Of a DNA stretch of 64,000 nucleotides, positions 1 to 12,526 are shown piece by piece. Positions within the stretch are counted from its first letter, which is position 1, and every line of letters starts with the position of its first letter. The notes under the pieces are model-generated. The model ran no database searches and had not been told where the DNA came from. It was given only the letters and a program-made list of their open reading frames with translations. A program made the translations under genes and the position numbers. Source of the DNA: Eledone cirrhosa (taxonomy: Eukaryota); assembly GCA_964016885.1 (NCBI GenBank), contig OZ024745.1, forward strand, positions 12,772,001 through 12,836,000, written 5' to 3'.

Positions 1-372
1 GTCATGAATATTGAGTAATGACCAAAAGAATACGATCGCGAATACAAGCGGCCGAAATGGGGTTCATCCAAAAGGTCTTTGGAGTAATGTTACTCGATAG
101 AGTGCGTAGCTCTGAGATCAGAGTCACTCCAGGTAGAGTTGCTACTTCTCCCAATTGAGAGATCACAGCTCCGATACTCTGGGCATGTGCTTAGAATGTC
201 TCAGGAAAGAATTTCTGGACATATTTTACCGGTTAAGTCCACCGGTAGGAGGCCCAGGGATAGACCCCGAGCAAGGACTGTTGGATATCATCCATGAGCT
301 TGGCTGGTCTCACTTGGGGATCCAGTCGGATTAGTTGGAGATGGTTGCTTCTGACAGGAAATTTGTGGCCGT
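1..372 (+). mobile_element. 3' fragment of an RTE-clade LINE (degenerate)
   Basis: Translates with frameshifts to LLDRVRSSEIR...IERSQLRYSGHVLRMSQERI, typical of the RTE ORF C-terminus. Related pieces occur at ~27690-27800 (-) and ~29200-29400 (+). Confidence 0.7.
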
Positions 373-587
373 ACATTACAATTTCCCCAAATGTTTGGGG
401 ATGCCTGTGTATATATATATATATATATACACACACATGTATGTGTGTGTATATATATATATATATTCACACACATACATGTGTGTGTGTGTGTGTGTGT
501 GTGTGAATATAGCCTATATCATTCGTTTTGATACAGGCTGTATATGAAGTCTAAAAATGTTTAGATAGAATGGAAGAATGGTCTTAC

Positions 588-633
588 CACTTGAAATACC
601 TGCATCCTTCAAACACCCCGTCATGTTTACCAT
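588..633 (-). CDS. Exon of CAP-Gly domain protein (DGKHDGVFEGCRYFKC)
   Basis: Acceptor tttacag and donor GTAAGA on the minus strand. The 46-nt exon starts in phase 1 and encodes the CAP-Gly hallmark GK(N/H)DG...RYF.C. It is phase-compatible with exon 1560-1741. Confidence 0.9.
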
Positions 634-705
634 CTGTAAATAAAGAATAGATTATTAACAATCCTTCCGTCAATATGTTTCTTATTACTATTATACACAG
701 GAGGG

Positions 706-925
706 AGGGCGGTGGGTTGGCAGTATCGGTAGAGGGTCAGACGTCATGCTTTGCAGCATAGAATTACGGCTCTTTATGATCTAAGCTCAAATCCCGCCGA
801 GGTTAACTTTGCCTTTCATCCTTATGGAGTCGATAAAATAAAGTACCAGTCACGCACTGGGGTCGATTTAATCGACTTTCCCCTCCCCCCAAATTACTGG
901 CCTTGTGCCTATATAAGAAACCATT
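706..925 (+). mobile_element. tRNA-derived SINE (octopus-type, core GCCTTTCATCC..GTCGATAAAATAAAGTACCAG)
   Basis: Near full-length copy. The same core recurs at ~1160-1345(-), 9165-9300(-), 21955-22135(-), 23505-23660(-), 24186-24275(-), 30865-31070(-), 32248-32335(-), 45115-45240(+) and 47215-47345. Confidence 0.8.
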
Positions 926-1559
926 ATATACAGGAGGATCAGTTGACTATGATTTTATTCAACATATTCCCCTCTCAGATTCACACACTTATTGCAGATG
1001 TCCTACCTCCTTTGTAAAGGTAACAGCTCTACCATTTCGGGATACCATTAAGCCAGAAACTTTTCAGCACCCGGTATACTTAAGCTCCCTCTCCCCAATC
1101 CCCAAAACTGTAACGGAAGTGCTCTTAATAAATTAAAAACTGTTAATAAATTAATAAGGCATGACTCCAACAATTTTGGTGAAAGGGAAAGTCAATTACA
1201 ACGACCCCAGAACTTCACTGGTACTTTATTGGATCGATCCTGGAAGGATGAAGGGCAAAGTTGACCTCATCCGAATTTGCTCTGGAAGCATAAACAAATA
1301 ACGCAGGACATATTTTCCAACGTCAAACGATTCTGCCAGCCCACAGCTCACTTTAAGCTAATAATAGTGATTATATAAGAAAGAACTTTGATAAATTATA
1401 ATTATAAACATTGATTGCCAGCTAAATTATTTATAAAAATAAACTGAAGCAAAATCCCAACCAAACAGTGAATGTGTTTTACTACTTTTGCCAATATTAG
1501 GACAACATGACCCTCCCCAAATATAAAATTGGGATGATATTATACAATTTTTTACATAC

Positions 1560-1741
1560 CGTCTTGGTGAAGTTCAACTCCTATATAAGTATCGGAGCGA
1601 CCAGAGAGTGGGCCAACAAACTTCACAATCCCTTGTGATATTTTACCACCATGTTTCGAGAATTTCACAATATCTCCCAAATGAATGTCGTCTGGTGACT
1701 GAGGAACATAAGGTCTTTTGCCCTTGGTCAATGCCCATTGC
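1560..1741 (-). CDS. Exon of CAP-Gly domain protein (QWALTKGKRPYVPQSPDDIHLGDIVKFSKHGGKISQGIVKFVGPLSGRSDTYIGVELHQD)
   Basis: Acceptor cttgacag and donor GTATGT; 182 nt, phase 2 in and phase 1 out. Encodes the CAP-Gly N-terminal half (GDxV...G.VKFVG...YIGVEL). Confidence 0.9.
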
Positions 1742-1764
1742 CTGTCAAGAAGAGATCATATCAT

Positions 1765-2050
1765 CATCATCATTTTACGTCCGCTTTTCCCTGCTTGCAT
1801 GGGTAGGACGGGAATTGATTCTGGCTTGATTTCTACAGCTGGATCCCTATTGATTTATACAGCTGGATCCCTGGTGATTTAATGATAGGGACCCCAGTCC
1901 TATCATCTCATTTTTACAGCTGAGTAAACTGGAGCAATGTGAAATAAAGTGTCTTGCTCAAGGAAACAACACATCACCTGGTCTGAGAATTGAACTCACA
2001 ACATTTCGATTGCAAGGCCAATGCTCTAACCATTAAGCCATGTACCTCCA
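1765..2050 (-). mobile_element. Second SINE family / composite (CTTGAGCAAGACACTTTATTTCACATTGCTCCAG core)
   Basis: Has a tRNA-like head and a conserved core. Other copies lie at ~11700-11975, 24620-24805, 48340-48740 (+) and 49125-49465 (-). Confidence 0.7.
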
Positions 2051-2404
2051 TATATAAGTAATAAGTCAGTGATAAGATGTTTAATGGAGAGGGACATTCA
2101 AAAATTAGCTACAGATAACTACGTGATGATACGAGGTTCAATTAAATCTCCCAGATACCGGCTAGGCGCTTTGAAACAATATATATATATATTTATATCC
2201 TAGCATGGCCTTAGCCTGTTGGCTGGAACAGGTAAAAGAGTATATATATATATATATATAAAGTGAAATAAAATGTTATTTTATTTCACTATAATATACT
2301 CTGTCTAGCTCTACACCTCGACACTGAAGTGAACCTAAACATCGAGTGCTCAGCCGGATGAACCTACAGTTACTCCAAGTTACACTCCCTGGATACATAT
2401 ATAT

Positions 2405-2435
<31 letters not shown>

Positions 2436-2679
2436 TATATATATGTATATGTATATATATGTAAAAGGTAAACAGAAATAACAACACAATTGGTACAGTA
2501 TATGGAAGGAATATATTAGGTTAACGCTTGAAATAGCAGGAAGAGGGTTTTAACGTTTCGGACGCTAGTACTTCACCAGAAGAAAGAATGAGAAATAAGA
2601 TAGATTGAGAGGACGGGCGGGTTGGAATTGGAAAAAAAGTCTTTACATAAAAATAACAGGTCCATTCATGCTGACATCT

Positions 2680-2744
<65 letters not shown>

Positions 2745-2880
2745 GATATTAATAAATGGAAACTATGTTTATAAAACCATATTTATTTCATTATACATAT
2801 TTCAAGGACACCAAGTTAAATTATGGTGTGCTTTCATCAGATAAAATATAATATAGAACAGTTTTATAAATAAATATTGA

Positions 2881-3438
2881 CATACCCTTAAAGCTCTTGA
2901 CAAATGCTTCCCTAGAACACATAGGTATTACTCAATTTTTAATAGACATACTATAAAATTAACTTATTCTTCCACCAAAAATTTAGCGCAAAATATTAAT
3001 AGAATTAATAATAGAAATTTAAAACCTAACCAAAATACCAATAATAATCCAGGCAATATCCAATTTGATAAATGTAACTGTAGAAATAAATCTAACTGTC
3101 CGTTAAATAACAATTGCTTAGCTAAAAATATAGTATATAATTGTAATGTAAAAACTAATTTAAATTCATTTAACTATGTGGGATACACTTCCACAGAGTT
3201 TAAATCCCGCTTCAATAATCATAAAAATTCTTTTACAGATCTAAACAAAAAATCTTCAACTTCTCTATCTAGCCTATTATGGGACCTAAAACTAGAGAAC
3301 GTTGAATATTCGTTGATTTGGAATATTATTTCAAAAGCTACACCTTTTAACTCCTCTTCAGAAAACTTAAGGAATAATTTATTCAGTTGCTGTAGACATA
3401 GATTAAACTCAACGTTTAAATATAAATTTAAAATGTAA
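2881..3438 (+). mobile_element. Penelope-like retroelement fragment (linker + GIY-YIG endonuclease, Naiad/Nematis-like)
   Basis: Frame is open 2881-3438: LDKCFP..H.Y..IFNRHTIKLTYS...CNCRNKSNCPLNNNCL...IVY...YVGYTSTEFKSRFNNHKNSF...STSLS..LW.LK...CCRH. The clade assignment is tentative. Confidence 0.8.
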
Positions 3439-4245
3439 TATATAAATAATTAATTAATTCTATTAATATATTGGACCTGTCGATAAATCATTATATTCCT
3501 TCATCTTTTTTGACTGATTATACACTCAAGTAAAAATAACTTTTCTTCCTAAATATAAATAAATATAATAAACTATTCTAGAGAAATATACTGAGGGCTC
3601 TTGAAATGAGAAAATATTTCTTATATTTTTTATTATTTATTATTTGATAGTTTCTCCTATTTTCGAAAGTTTATCCTTTCAAAGTTTGTTTATTTCTCTT
3701 ATGAATATAAAATTAAGGTAAATGTACGTAGAAAATTTCTATACTAAATCTATTAAACATACTATTATTTTGAAATTATAACTTGAAAATATTCTATAAT
3801 ATTTTAAAGTTATATTGTTTTTAAAGTTATATTGCTTATAATTATATTTCCAAATCGTAATATAATTCTTTTGTATTTTATGTACTTCAATTATACTTCT
3901 CTCTCTATATGTGTGTATATATGTATATGTGTGTATTGACATACATGTACATATGTTTTATGCGTGTATATCTATCTGTATGTATATATATACGTGATGC
4001 GTATCTACCTATTTGTGTGGGTACATATATGTATGTAGATGTGGGAATTGTGTATGTACATGTGCGTGTATATCCATACAGTTAGATTGCACTTATGTAT
4101 AGTGATTATCCCAAGATTCGTGACAAATAGACATATAATAACAGCCATAAATACATAACAGGTAATCTTATAAAACTTATATTAAAAAAATGTTGTTTAA
4201 TAACATAAAGTATGTATAACATAAAATTTCCTTTAATATCTTAAC

Positions 4246-4479
4246 CGTTTCGACGGCTATTTCTGGACTCGAGAAATAGCTGTCGAAACGGCTTGAGCTC
4301 TGCCGTCGGAGTCCTGAACCTTTTCCTATTACTCATTCTACTACCCTAAGTATCGAGTACTCTGGTGCGTTATGGTCCATCTGGTTCCTTACCACATTTC
4401 CTTCGTTATATATATATAGAGAGTCCAGAAATAGCCGTCGAGACGGCTTGAGCTCTGCCGTCGGGTTCCTCAACATTTT

Positions 4480-4516
<37 letters not shown>

Positions 4517-4837
4517 CCTTCAGTCGACCACGTATAAAGCCTGAGAAAATAATGTTTTTAGTGAATGACAAATACAATTAATTTCAATAAACTGTTTGTC
4601 TTAATGTTTAATCCATGGCTGATTGTTAAAACTGTATTTGAATGACAACGTGTGTTGGCCGTGTGGGGACATCTGTATCTCTATACACAAGTTTATCTTG
4701 ATTAATGTTTTATGTGTTTGTTTACATGCTACAATTTCTATGTCTTCTGTTTATATGACCGTGTGTCTATGTGTGTATGTTTGTATGTGTGTGTTTATGT
4801 TTGTGTCCATATCTGCGTGTGTGTATATGCATATATG

Positions 4838-4932
<95 letters not shown>

Positions 4933-5140
4933 CGAAGGAAATGTGGTAAGGAACCAGATGGACCATAACGCACCAAAGTACTCAATACTTAGGGTAGTAG
5001 AGTGGGTAATAGGAACAAGAATGACCCCGACGGCACAGCTCAAGCCGTTTCGACGGCTAATTCTGGACATACACATACACTAGGTCCAGAATTAGCCGTC
5101 GAAACGGCTTGAGCTCTGCCGTCGGGGTCATACTTGTTCC

Positions 5141-5189
<49 letters not shown>

Positions 5190-5399
5190 CTTTCTCCCGA
5201 ATGAAACAGTTCTAGTCCTGTAGAAGCCATTTCTATATATATATATATATACATGTGGAAGCTTAGTAAAATCGAAGCTTTGGCTGTGAGCAAGCAAAGT
5301 CGACCTACAATATGAATGAGTTAGCAAAGCACTCAATAAGGGTAGGTCCTCAGAGTAATAACATACGTTTAAATAGCTTGGCAAATTGAACATTGTGGT

Positions 5400-5459
<60 letters not shown>

Positions 5460-5714
5460 AACAATTTAAATACCTTATGTTTGGAATTCCATATATATGT
5501 ATATATATATAGGAACCAGTAAGAGCCCGACGGCTGAGCTCAAGCCGTTTCGACGGCTAATTCTGGACGCTAATTCAGTCCAGAATTAGCCGTCGAAACG
5601 GCTTGAACTCAGCCGTCGGGGTCTTAATGGTTCCTATTACCCACTCTACTACCCCAAGTATTGAGTACTTTGGTGCGTTATGGTCCACCTGGTTCCTTAC
5701 CACATTTCCTTCGT

Positions 5715-5715
<1 letters not shown>
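4246..5715. mobile_element. Cluster of short (~60-165 bp) fold-back elements carrying the 3' half of a type I hammerhead, embedded in (TA)n
   Basis: Repeated GTCCAGAA(A/T)TAGCCGTC-GAAA-CGGC-ttgagctct-GCCG-TC-GGGGTC. Copies at 4246-4408, 4423-4470, 4931-5068(-), 5084-5140(+), 5511-5568(-) and 5578-5715(+). Confidence 0.7.
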
Positions 5716-5754
<39 letters not shown>

Positions 5755-5989
5755 TGTATGTATATATTTGTGTGTGTGAGTGTGTGTGTATATGTATGTG
5801 TGCGTATATGTATGTTTGCGAGCACTTGTGTATGTGTATGTCCCAAGTTTTCATCTAAGTGTGCATATGAATGTAAATATATGTGTATGCATGTATATTT
5901 ATATATATGCGCGCATGTGTATGTGTGTGTGTGTGTGTGTGTCCATATTTTTTTTTTGATGTACACGAGTAGTTGATTTGTAATCTCAC

Positions 5990-6164
5990 CGTTTGCTTGA
6001 TTCGCTTCCGGTCACAAACTTCCGGTTCGCTAGTTTTTCTTGTACATTTTTCAGTTTGTTCATGTGAGTGAACTGCGTGGGGTGAGAAGAGTGCAGGCTA
6101 GCGGTTCTGTTCTCTGGCACAATGGAATCGACTTGAAGTGAATCGGAAACAACAGGGCTCTTCA
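5990..6164 (-). CDS. Internal exon of CAP-Gly domain protein gene (VKSPVVSDSLQVDSIVPENRTAS...TGSESSKR)
   Basis: Acceptor ttttcag and donor GTGAGA; 175 nt open frame, phase 1 in and phase 2 out, matching the phase-2 start of exon 1560-1741 (CG+G=Arg). Confidence 0.75.
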
Positions 6165-6187
6165 CTGAAAACATATTAAAACTGATT

Positions 6188-7865
6188 TCAATTCTGTTTA
6201 TTCTACCAATACTGCCTAGTCTGTTTATACTGACAATTCTGTTTATTCTACCAATACTGCCTAGTCTGTTTATACTGACAATTCTGTTTATTCTACCAAT
6301 ACTGCCTAGTCTGTTTATACTGACAATTCTGTTTATTCTACCAATACTGCCTAGCCTGCCTATACTGACAATTCTGTTTATTCTACCAATACTGCCTAGT
6401 CTACCTATATGACAATTCTGTTTATTCTACCTATACTGCCTAGCCTGCCTATACTGACAATTCTGTTTATACTACCTATATTGCCTAGCCTGCCTATACT
6501 GACAATTCTGTTTATTCTACCAATACTGCCTAGCCTGCCTATACTGACAATTCTGTTTATTCTACCAATACTGCCTAGTCTGCCTATACTGCCAATTCTG
6601 TTTATTCTACCAATACTGACTAGTCTACCTATACTGACAATTCTGTTTATTCTACCAATACTGCCTAGCCTGCCTATACTGACAATTCTGTTTATTCTAC
6701 CAATACTGCCTAGTCCGTTTATACTGACAATTATGTTTATTCTACCAATACTGCCTAGTCTGTTTATACTGGCAATTCTGTTTATTCTACCAATACTGCC
6801 TAGCCTGCCTATACTGACAATTCTGTTTATTCTACCAATACTGCCTAGTCTGCCTATACTGACAATTCTGTTTATTCTACCAATACTGCCTAGCCTGCCT
6901 ATACTGACAATTCTGTTTATTCTACCAATACTGCCTAGTCTGCCTATACTGACAATTCTGTTTATTCTACCAATACTGCCTAGCCTGCCTATACTGACTA
7001 TTCTGTTTATTCTACCTCTACAGCTTAGTCTACCTATACTGACAATTCTGTTTATTCTACCTATACAGCTTAGTCTACCTATACTGCCAATTCTGTTTAT
7101 TCTACCTAATACTGCCTTGTCTACCTATACTGATAATTCTGTTTATTCTACCAATACTGCCTAGCCTGCCTATACTGACTATTCTGTTTATTCTACCTAT
7201 ACAGCTTAGTCTACCTATACTGACAATTCTGTTTATTCTACCTATACAGCTTAGTTTACCTATACTGACAATTCTGTTTATTCTACCTATACAGCTTAGT
7301 CTACCTATACTGCCAATTCTGTTTATTCTAGCAATAATGCCTTGTCTACCTATACTGATAATTCTGTTTATTCTACCAATACTGCCTAGCCTGCCTATAC
7401 TGACAATTCTGTTTATTCTACCAATACTGCCTAGTCTACCTATACTGACAATTCTGTTTATTCTACCTATACTGCCTAGTCTGCCTACACTGACAATTCT
7501 GTTTATTCTACCAATACTGCCTAGCCTGCCTATACTGACAATTCTGTTTATTCTACCAATACTGCCTAGTCTACCTATACTGACAATTCTGTTTATTCTA
7601 CCAATACTGCCTAGTCTGCCTATACTGACAATTCTGTTTATTCTACCTATACTGCCTAGCCTGCCTATACTGATAATTCTGTTTATTCTACCAATACTGG
7701 CTAGCCTGCCTATACTGCCAATTCTGTTTATTCTACCAATACTGCCTAGCCTGCCTATACTGACAATTCTGTTTATTCTACCAATACTGCCTAGTCTGCC
7801 TATACTGACAATTCTGTTTATTCTACCAATACTGCCTAGTCTGTTTATACTGACAATACTACCTA
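6188..7865. repeat. 45-bp minisatellite (CTGTTTATTCTACCAATACTGCCTAGCCTGCCTATACTGACAATT), ~37 copies
   Basis: Direct tandem repetition. It explains the ILFILPILPSLPILT ORFs. Confidence 0.95.
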
Positions 7866-8129
7866 TTCTTCTTATCTATCTGTTAACTAAATCCCAGTAG
7901 TATAAAGTGGTTTTGTATCAATAAATTATGTTCCTCTTCTACAAATGGCGGTGTGTGGGAGGAACGAAAGTGGTTTCTCATATTTCACTGTAGTAATATT
8001 GTAAGAGATGAATGATCACCAGTTCTCTCTAACAAACCTCCATACAGATACACGATGATCGAATCGTAGAAAACTGATCAAGTAATCGATATTCGTTATT
8101 TCACTGATGTCACTAACATATTTCAAACA

Positions 8130-8243
<114 letters not shown>

Positions 8244-8652
8244 GTCTCCTCTGATCTCGCAATCTTCCCTGACAAAGGTCACCACCTTTAAACTCTCTAT
8301 TTCACTATGCTTGTTGACACCATTAACATCGTTATCAGATTCTACCAACATATTAAGTGATGTCACACCAGTAGACATCCTAACAAGCTAACATAACATA
8401 CTTGAATCAGAGTTTGAAACGCGGCAGTTGTTGAGGTTCAAGGAAGATCAATGAAGGCTCAAGCAGAACATTTCTCTCATTAGAATTTAGACAACTTCAT
8501 ACAGTTGAGTGTTGGAAAAGATTTTTTTAAATTGATATTCATTTGTCGACAGAGAATAATTGATTGTACACACTACAGGCTCAAACATTGGTGATTGTGA
8601 AGTTCGATTTGCAGTCACTTCTGAATCCGATCCCACTGCGCAGGACTTACTA

Positions 8653-8852
8653 CGAGGGTCCAGTGAAAAGTTCATAAGTTGACTATGAAGGAGTGATGCT
8701 AGAGCTGTGAAATCTTGCATGCATTGATTTCAACTCTTCTTATCAATAACTGCATTGTTTCTTTCCAAGGTCTGTGTTGCAAAAAATAAACCTCATTTGG
8801 TCATTCCATGAGAGTATCTTGGTCAACCTATGAAATGTTCAGTCGATCCTCG
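8653..8852. mobile_element. Mariner-type MITE (~200 bp) with TA target duplication
   Basis: TA|CGAGGGTCCAGTGAAAAGTTCATAAGTTGAC ... GTCAACCTATGAAATGTTCAGTCGATCCTCG|TA forms imperfect TIRs. Confidence 0.75.
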
Positions 8853-9458
8853 TATTATAAGCTCGAGTTAACCGTCATTACAACTTGGGTAGAATTAAGT
8901 AGATGAGACCCATGTAGAAATCTGCTCGAGCTATATGCAGTTATTTTCAAACATATTGGGAAACACGTTGCTTGTGTTTCTGGACCCGTAACTCCTGATA
9001 GAGTGACATGGGTGCCGTTGGGGGCCTTTTCTAAACTTTGCTAAGCCCATCTCTTCTCCAAGTCTGAACACAGCTGAGAAAGATTGAGAGTGAGAGAATG
9101 AAAGTGAGAAAGAAATATATAGAGAATGATAGAGAGGGGTGAGAAAGAAAAGTGATATAGAAGAATTGACTCCAGTACTGGGCTGATACTTTTTTATCGA
9201 CCTCAAATGGAAGAAAGGCAAAGTTGATTTCGGCAGGTTTTGAACTGACGGAGCTGAGGGCTGGAACGATTGCCACAAAGTATTCTATCCAACGTCACAA
9301 ATTATACAAATGAGGTTTCTAAACATTCAATACTTAACTCCAAGAGGAAGAAAAACAATAAGTACTATTCATAAAACAGAAGGATTGTTGATAAACAACA
9401 GAGAAACTATAACATAGACGAGGGCACTCTCTCTCACACACACACACGCGCGCGCGCA

Positions 9459-9588
<130 letters not shown>

Positions 9589-10122
9589 CTTAAGAAAATT
9601 AATAGACAGTGGACAAGACAACGAACCGAAAAAAGGCAAAACGAAAAGCAATATTTTAAGGGGAAACCTTAAAAAAGAATAGAATCAAGAATGTCACCAA
9701 TTGATAGCCGCAACTTGACAGAAACCAGATATTAAAGAGGTTTTGTTTTTTGTTTTTTGTCTACTGTTTTCAGTTATTGCTGCACTGGAAGCATGTTATA
9801 AAGGTACAAAATATACATAAAAGATATTGTTATAAAGATATTGTTATAAAGCTACCAACTAAACCAGTTTATATTATCTTTTGTACTTCAGTATCCTGTC
9901 ATAAGCAAGCAGTTGCTGAAAAGAGGCGTAAATACTGAAATACGTATGAAGCGCTCTTACAGTCATAGTATGGTAGTTGTGATATGATACATAGTATGTG
10001 ATATGATCACAGCTTAAAATACTCATAGCGAGACTATATATATGATTATTATACATAAACATATTGTATATGGGTCTATATACGCCTTTATTCTGAACCA
10101 CACCATGTTAGTGCTATCACTA

Positions 10123-10222
<100 letters not shown>

Positions 10223-10744
10223 AGTGCTTAAACATAAATCGATTTATATCTATGTACTCATAAACTTCTAAATCTATAAATTACGGTTTAAACTTTCCTG
10301 TCGGTCAAAATACGTGCGCGCGCGTGTGTGTGTGTGTGTGTGAGTATGTACATACATGCATACATGCAACATACATACATACACACACACATACATACAT
10401 ACATACACACATACATAGAAGACAGTGTGAATAATGAGTCCCATAAAACCTCTTCTAAATGATGTTCCTACTATTTGAAGTTATTACAGCATATAAAATA
10501 TGCTAATTGCTGCCAAAACATTGAAAATATGCCATCAAATTTTTCAAAAGCGATTTTCAACTTTTTTAATTTAATTAAATACCGAGAAACAATGAAACGT
10601 ATTTATTGTAATAAATTATTTTATATGAGATGCACATATTTTAATTTTCATGCAGCAAAAAAGAAAACACACGCAATCCTATTTAGTGAGAAAAAAAGGC
10701 GACGAATTGGTGAGTACAGACGTTGTAAGTTTGGGGGGTGGAAG

Positions 10745-11602
10745 ATGGCGACGTTGGAACGTCGGGTGGAAGATTGAGACGTTAGAAGGTCGGGTGAAAG
10801 ATAGAGACGTTAGAACGTCGGGTGAAAGATAGAGACGTTAGAACGTCAGGTAGAAGATAGAGATGTTAGAACGTCGGGTGGAAGATAGAGATGTTAGAAC
10901 GTCAGGTGGAAGATAGACGTTAGAACGTCGGGTGGAAGATAGAGACGTTAGAATTCGGGTAGAACATAGACGTTAGAATGTCGGGTGGAATATAGATAGT
11001 TAGAACGTCGGGTGGAAGATAGATACGTTAGAATGTCGCGTAGAAGATAGAGACGTTAGATCGTCGGGTGGAAGATAGGGACGTTAGAATGTCGCGTAGA
11101 AGATAGAGACGTTAGATCGTCGGGTGGAAGATAGACGTTAGAACTTCTTGTGGAAGATTGACGTTAGAACGTCGGGTGGAAGATAGAGACGTCTGAACGT
11201 CGGGTAGACGATAGAGACGTTAGATTGTCGGGTAGAAGATAGAGACGTTACAACGTCGGGTAGAATATAGACGTTAGAACGTCGGGTGGAAGATAGAGAC
11301 GTTAGAACGTCGGGTAGAAGATTGAGACGTTACAATGTCGCGTAGAAGATAGAGACGTTAGATCGTCGGGTGGAAGATAGAGACGTTAGAATGTCGGGTA
11401 GAAGATAGAGACGTTAGATCGTCGGATGGAAGATGGAGACGTTAGAACGTCGGGTGGAAGATAGAGACGTTAGAACGTCGGGTAGAAGATAAACGTTAGA
11501 ATGTCGGGTAGAAGATAGAGACGTTAGATCGTCGGGTGGAAGATAGAGACGTTAGAACGTCGGGTGGAAGATAAACGTTAGAACGTCGGGTGGAAGATAG
11601 AG
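10745..11602. repeat. ~28-bp minisatellite (GACGTTAGAACGTCGGGTGGAAGATAGA)
   Basis: Tandem units, each containing a GACGTT-AG-AACGTC palindrome. Confidence 0.95.
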
Positions 11603-12074
11603 TCAACGAAATCAAAATTCGTCTAAATGACTAGTAATAGTTGAATACTATGAATAAGAGTTGAGAAAATCGGGTAAAGTATCCCTGAGACGCAGGAAAG
11701 AAAGAGAGTTTGTCTGGTGGACAAAAGCTCATCAGGCTTTCCCCGGTTTTCGTGGCGTGAAGTGACTGAGAGTACAAGACTTCCTCCTGGACAGGACACC
11801 AGTTCATCGCAGGGTCAAACTCAGTGCTATTGTTGGTACTCATTTTCAGCTTAGTGGACTGGAGCAATGTGAAATGAAGTGTTTTGCTTAAGAACACAAC
11901 ACGCAACCCAGTAATCGAACCGACGACATTATGATCATAGGTCCAACACCCTTACCAATAGGCCACACACCTCCACAGATGCACAAGAGAACAACAAACG
12001 TTAATAAGTCATGTTTTCTTTTGTTTTTTTTTCCAAAAGTGATTCCACGAGAAAACTACAGTATAGGTTATTGT

Positions 12075-12526
12075 TATGACAGCAGTTCTCACTCAATATT
12101 GTAATGACAGCAGTTCTCACTCAATGCTGTAATGACAACAGTTCTCACTCAATGTTGTAATGACAGCAGTTCTCACTTAATACTGTAATGACAGCAGTTC
12201 TCACTCAATATTGTAATGACAGCAGTTCTCACTCAATACTGTAATGACAACAGTTCTCACTCAATGTTGTAATGACAGCAGTTCTCACTTAATGCTGTAA
12301 TGACAGCAGTTCTCACTCAATATTGTAATGACAGCAGTTCTCACTCAATATTGTAATGACAGCAGTTCTCACTCAATGCTGTAATGACAACAGTGCTCAC
12401 TCAATGTTGTAATGACAGCAGTTCTCACTCAATGCTGTAATGACAGCAATTCTCACTCAATATTGTAATGACAGCAGTTCTCACTCAATGTTGTAATGAC
12501 AGTAGTTCTCACTCAATGTTGTAATG
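12075..12526. repeat. 28-bp minisatellite (GTAATGACAGCAGTTCTCACTCAATGTT), ~16 copies
   Basis: Direct tandem repetition. Confidence 0.95.

Noticed and set aside
6409-7900. 251-aa and 187-aa hydrophobic ILPILPSLP ORFs
   Set aside because: Translations of a 45-bp minisatellite, broken by frameshifts, with no splice or domain evidence.
10745-12526. CRISPR-like appearance of 28-bp repeats
   Set aside because: The units are directly adjacent with no unique spacers, there are no cas genes, and the context is eukaryotic.
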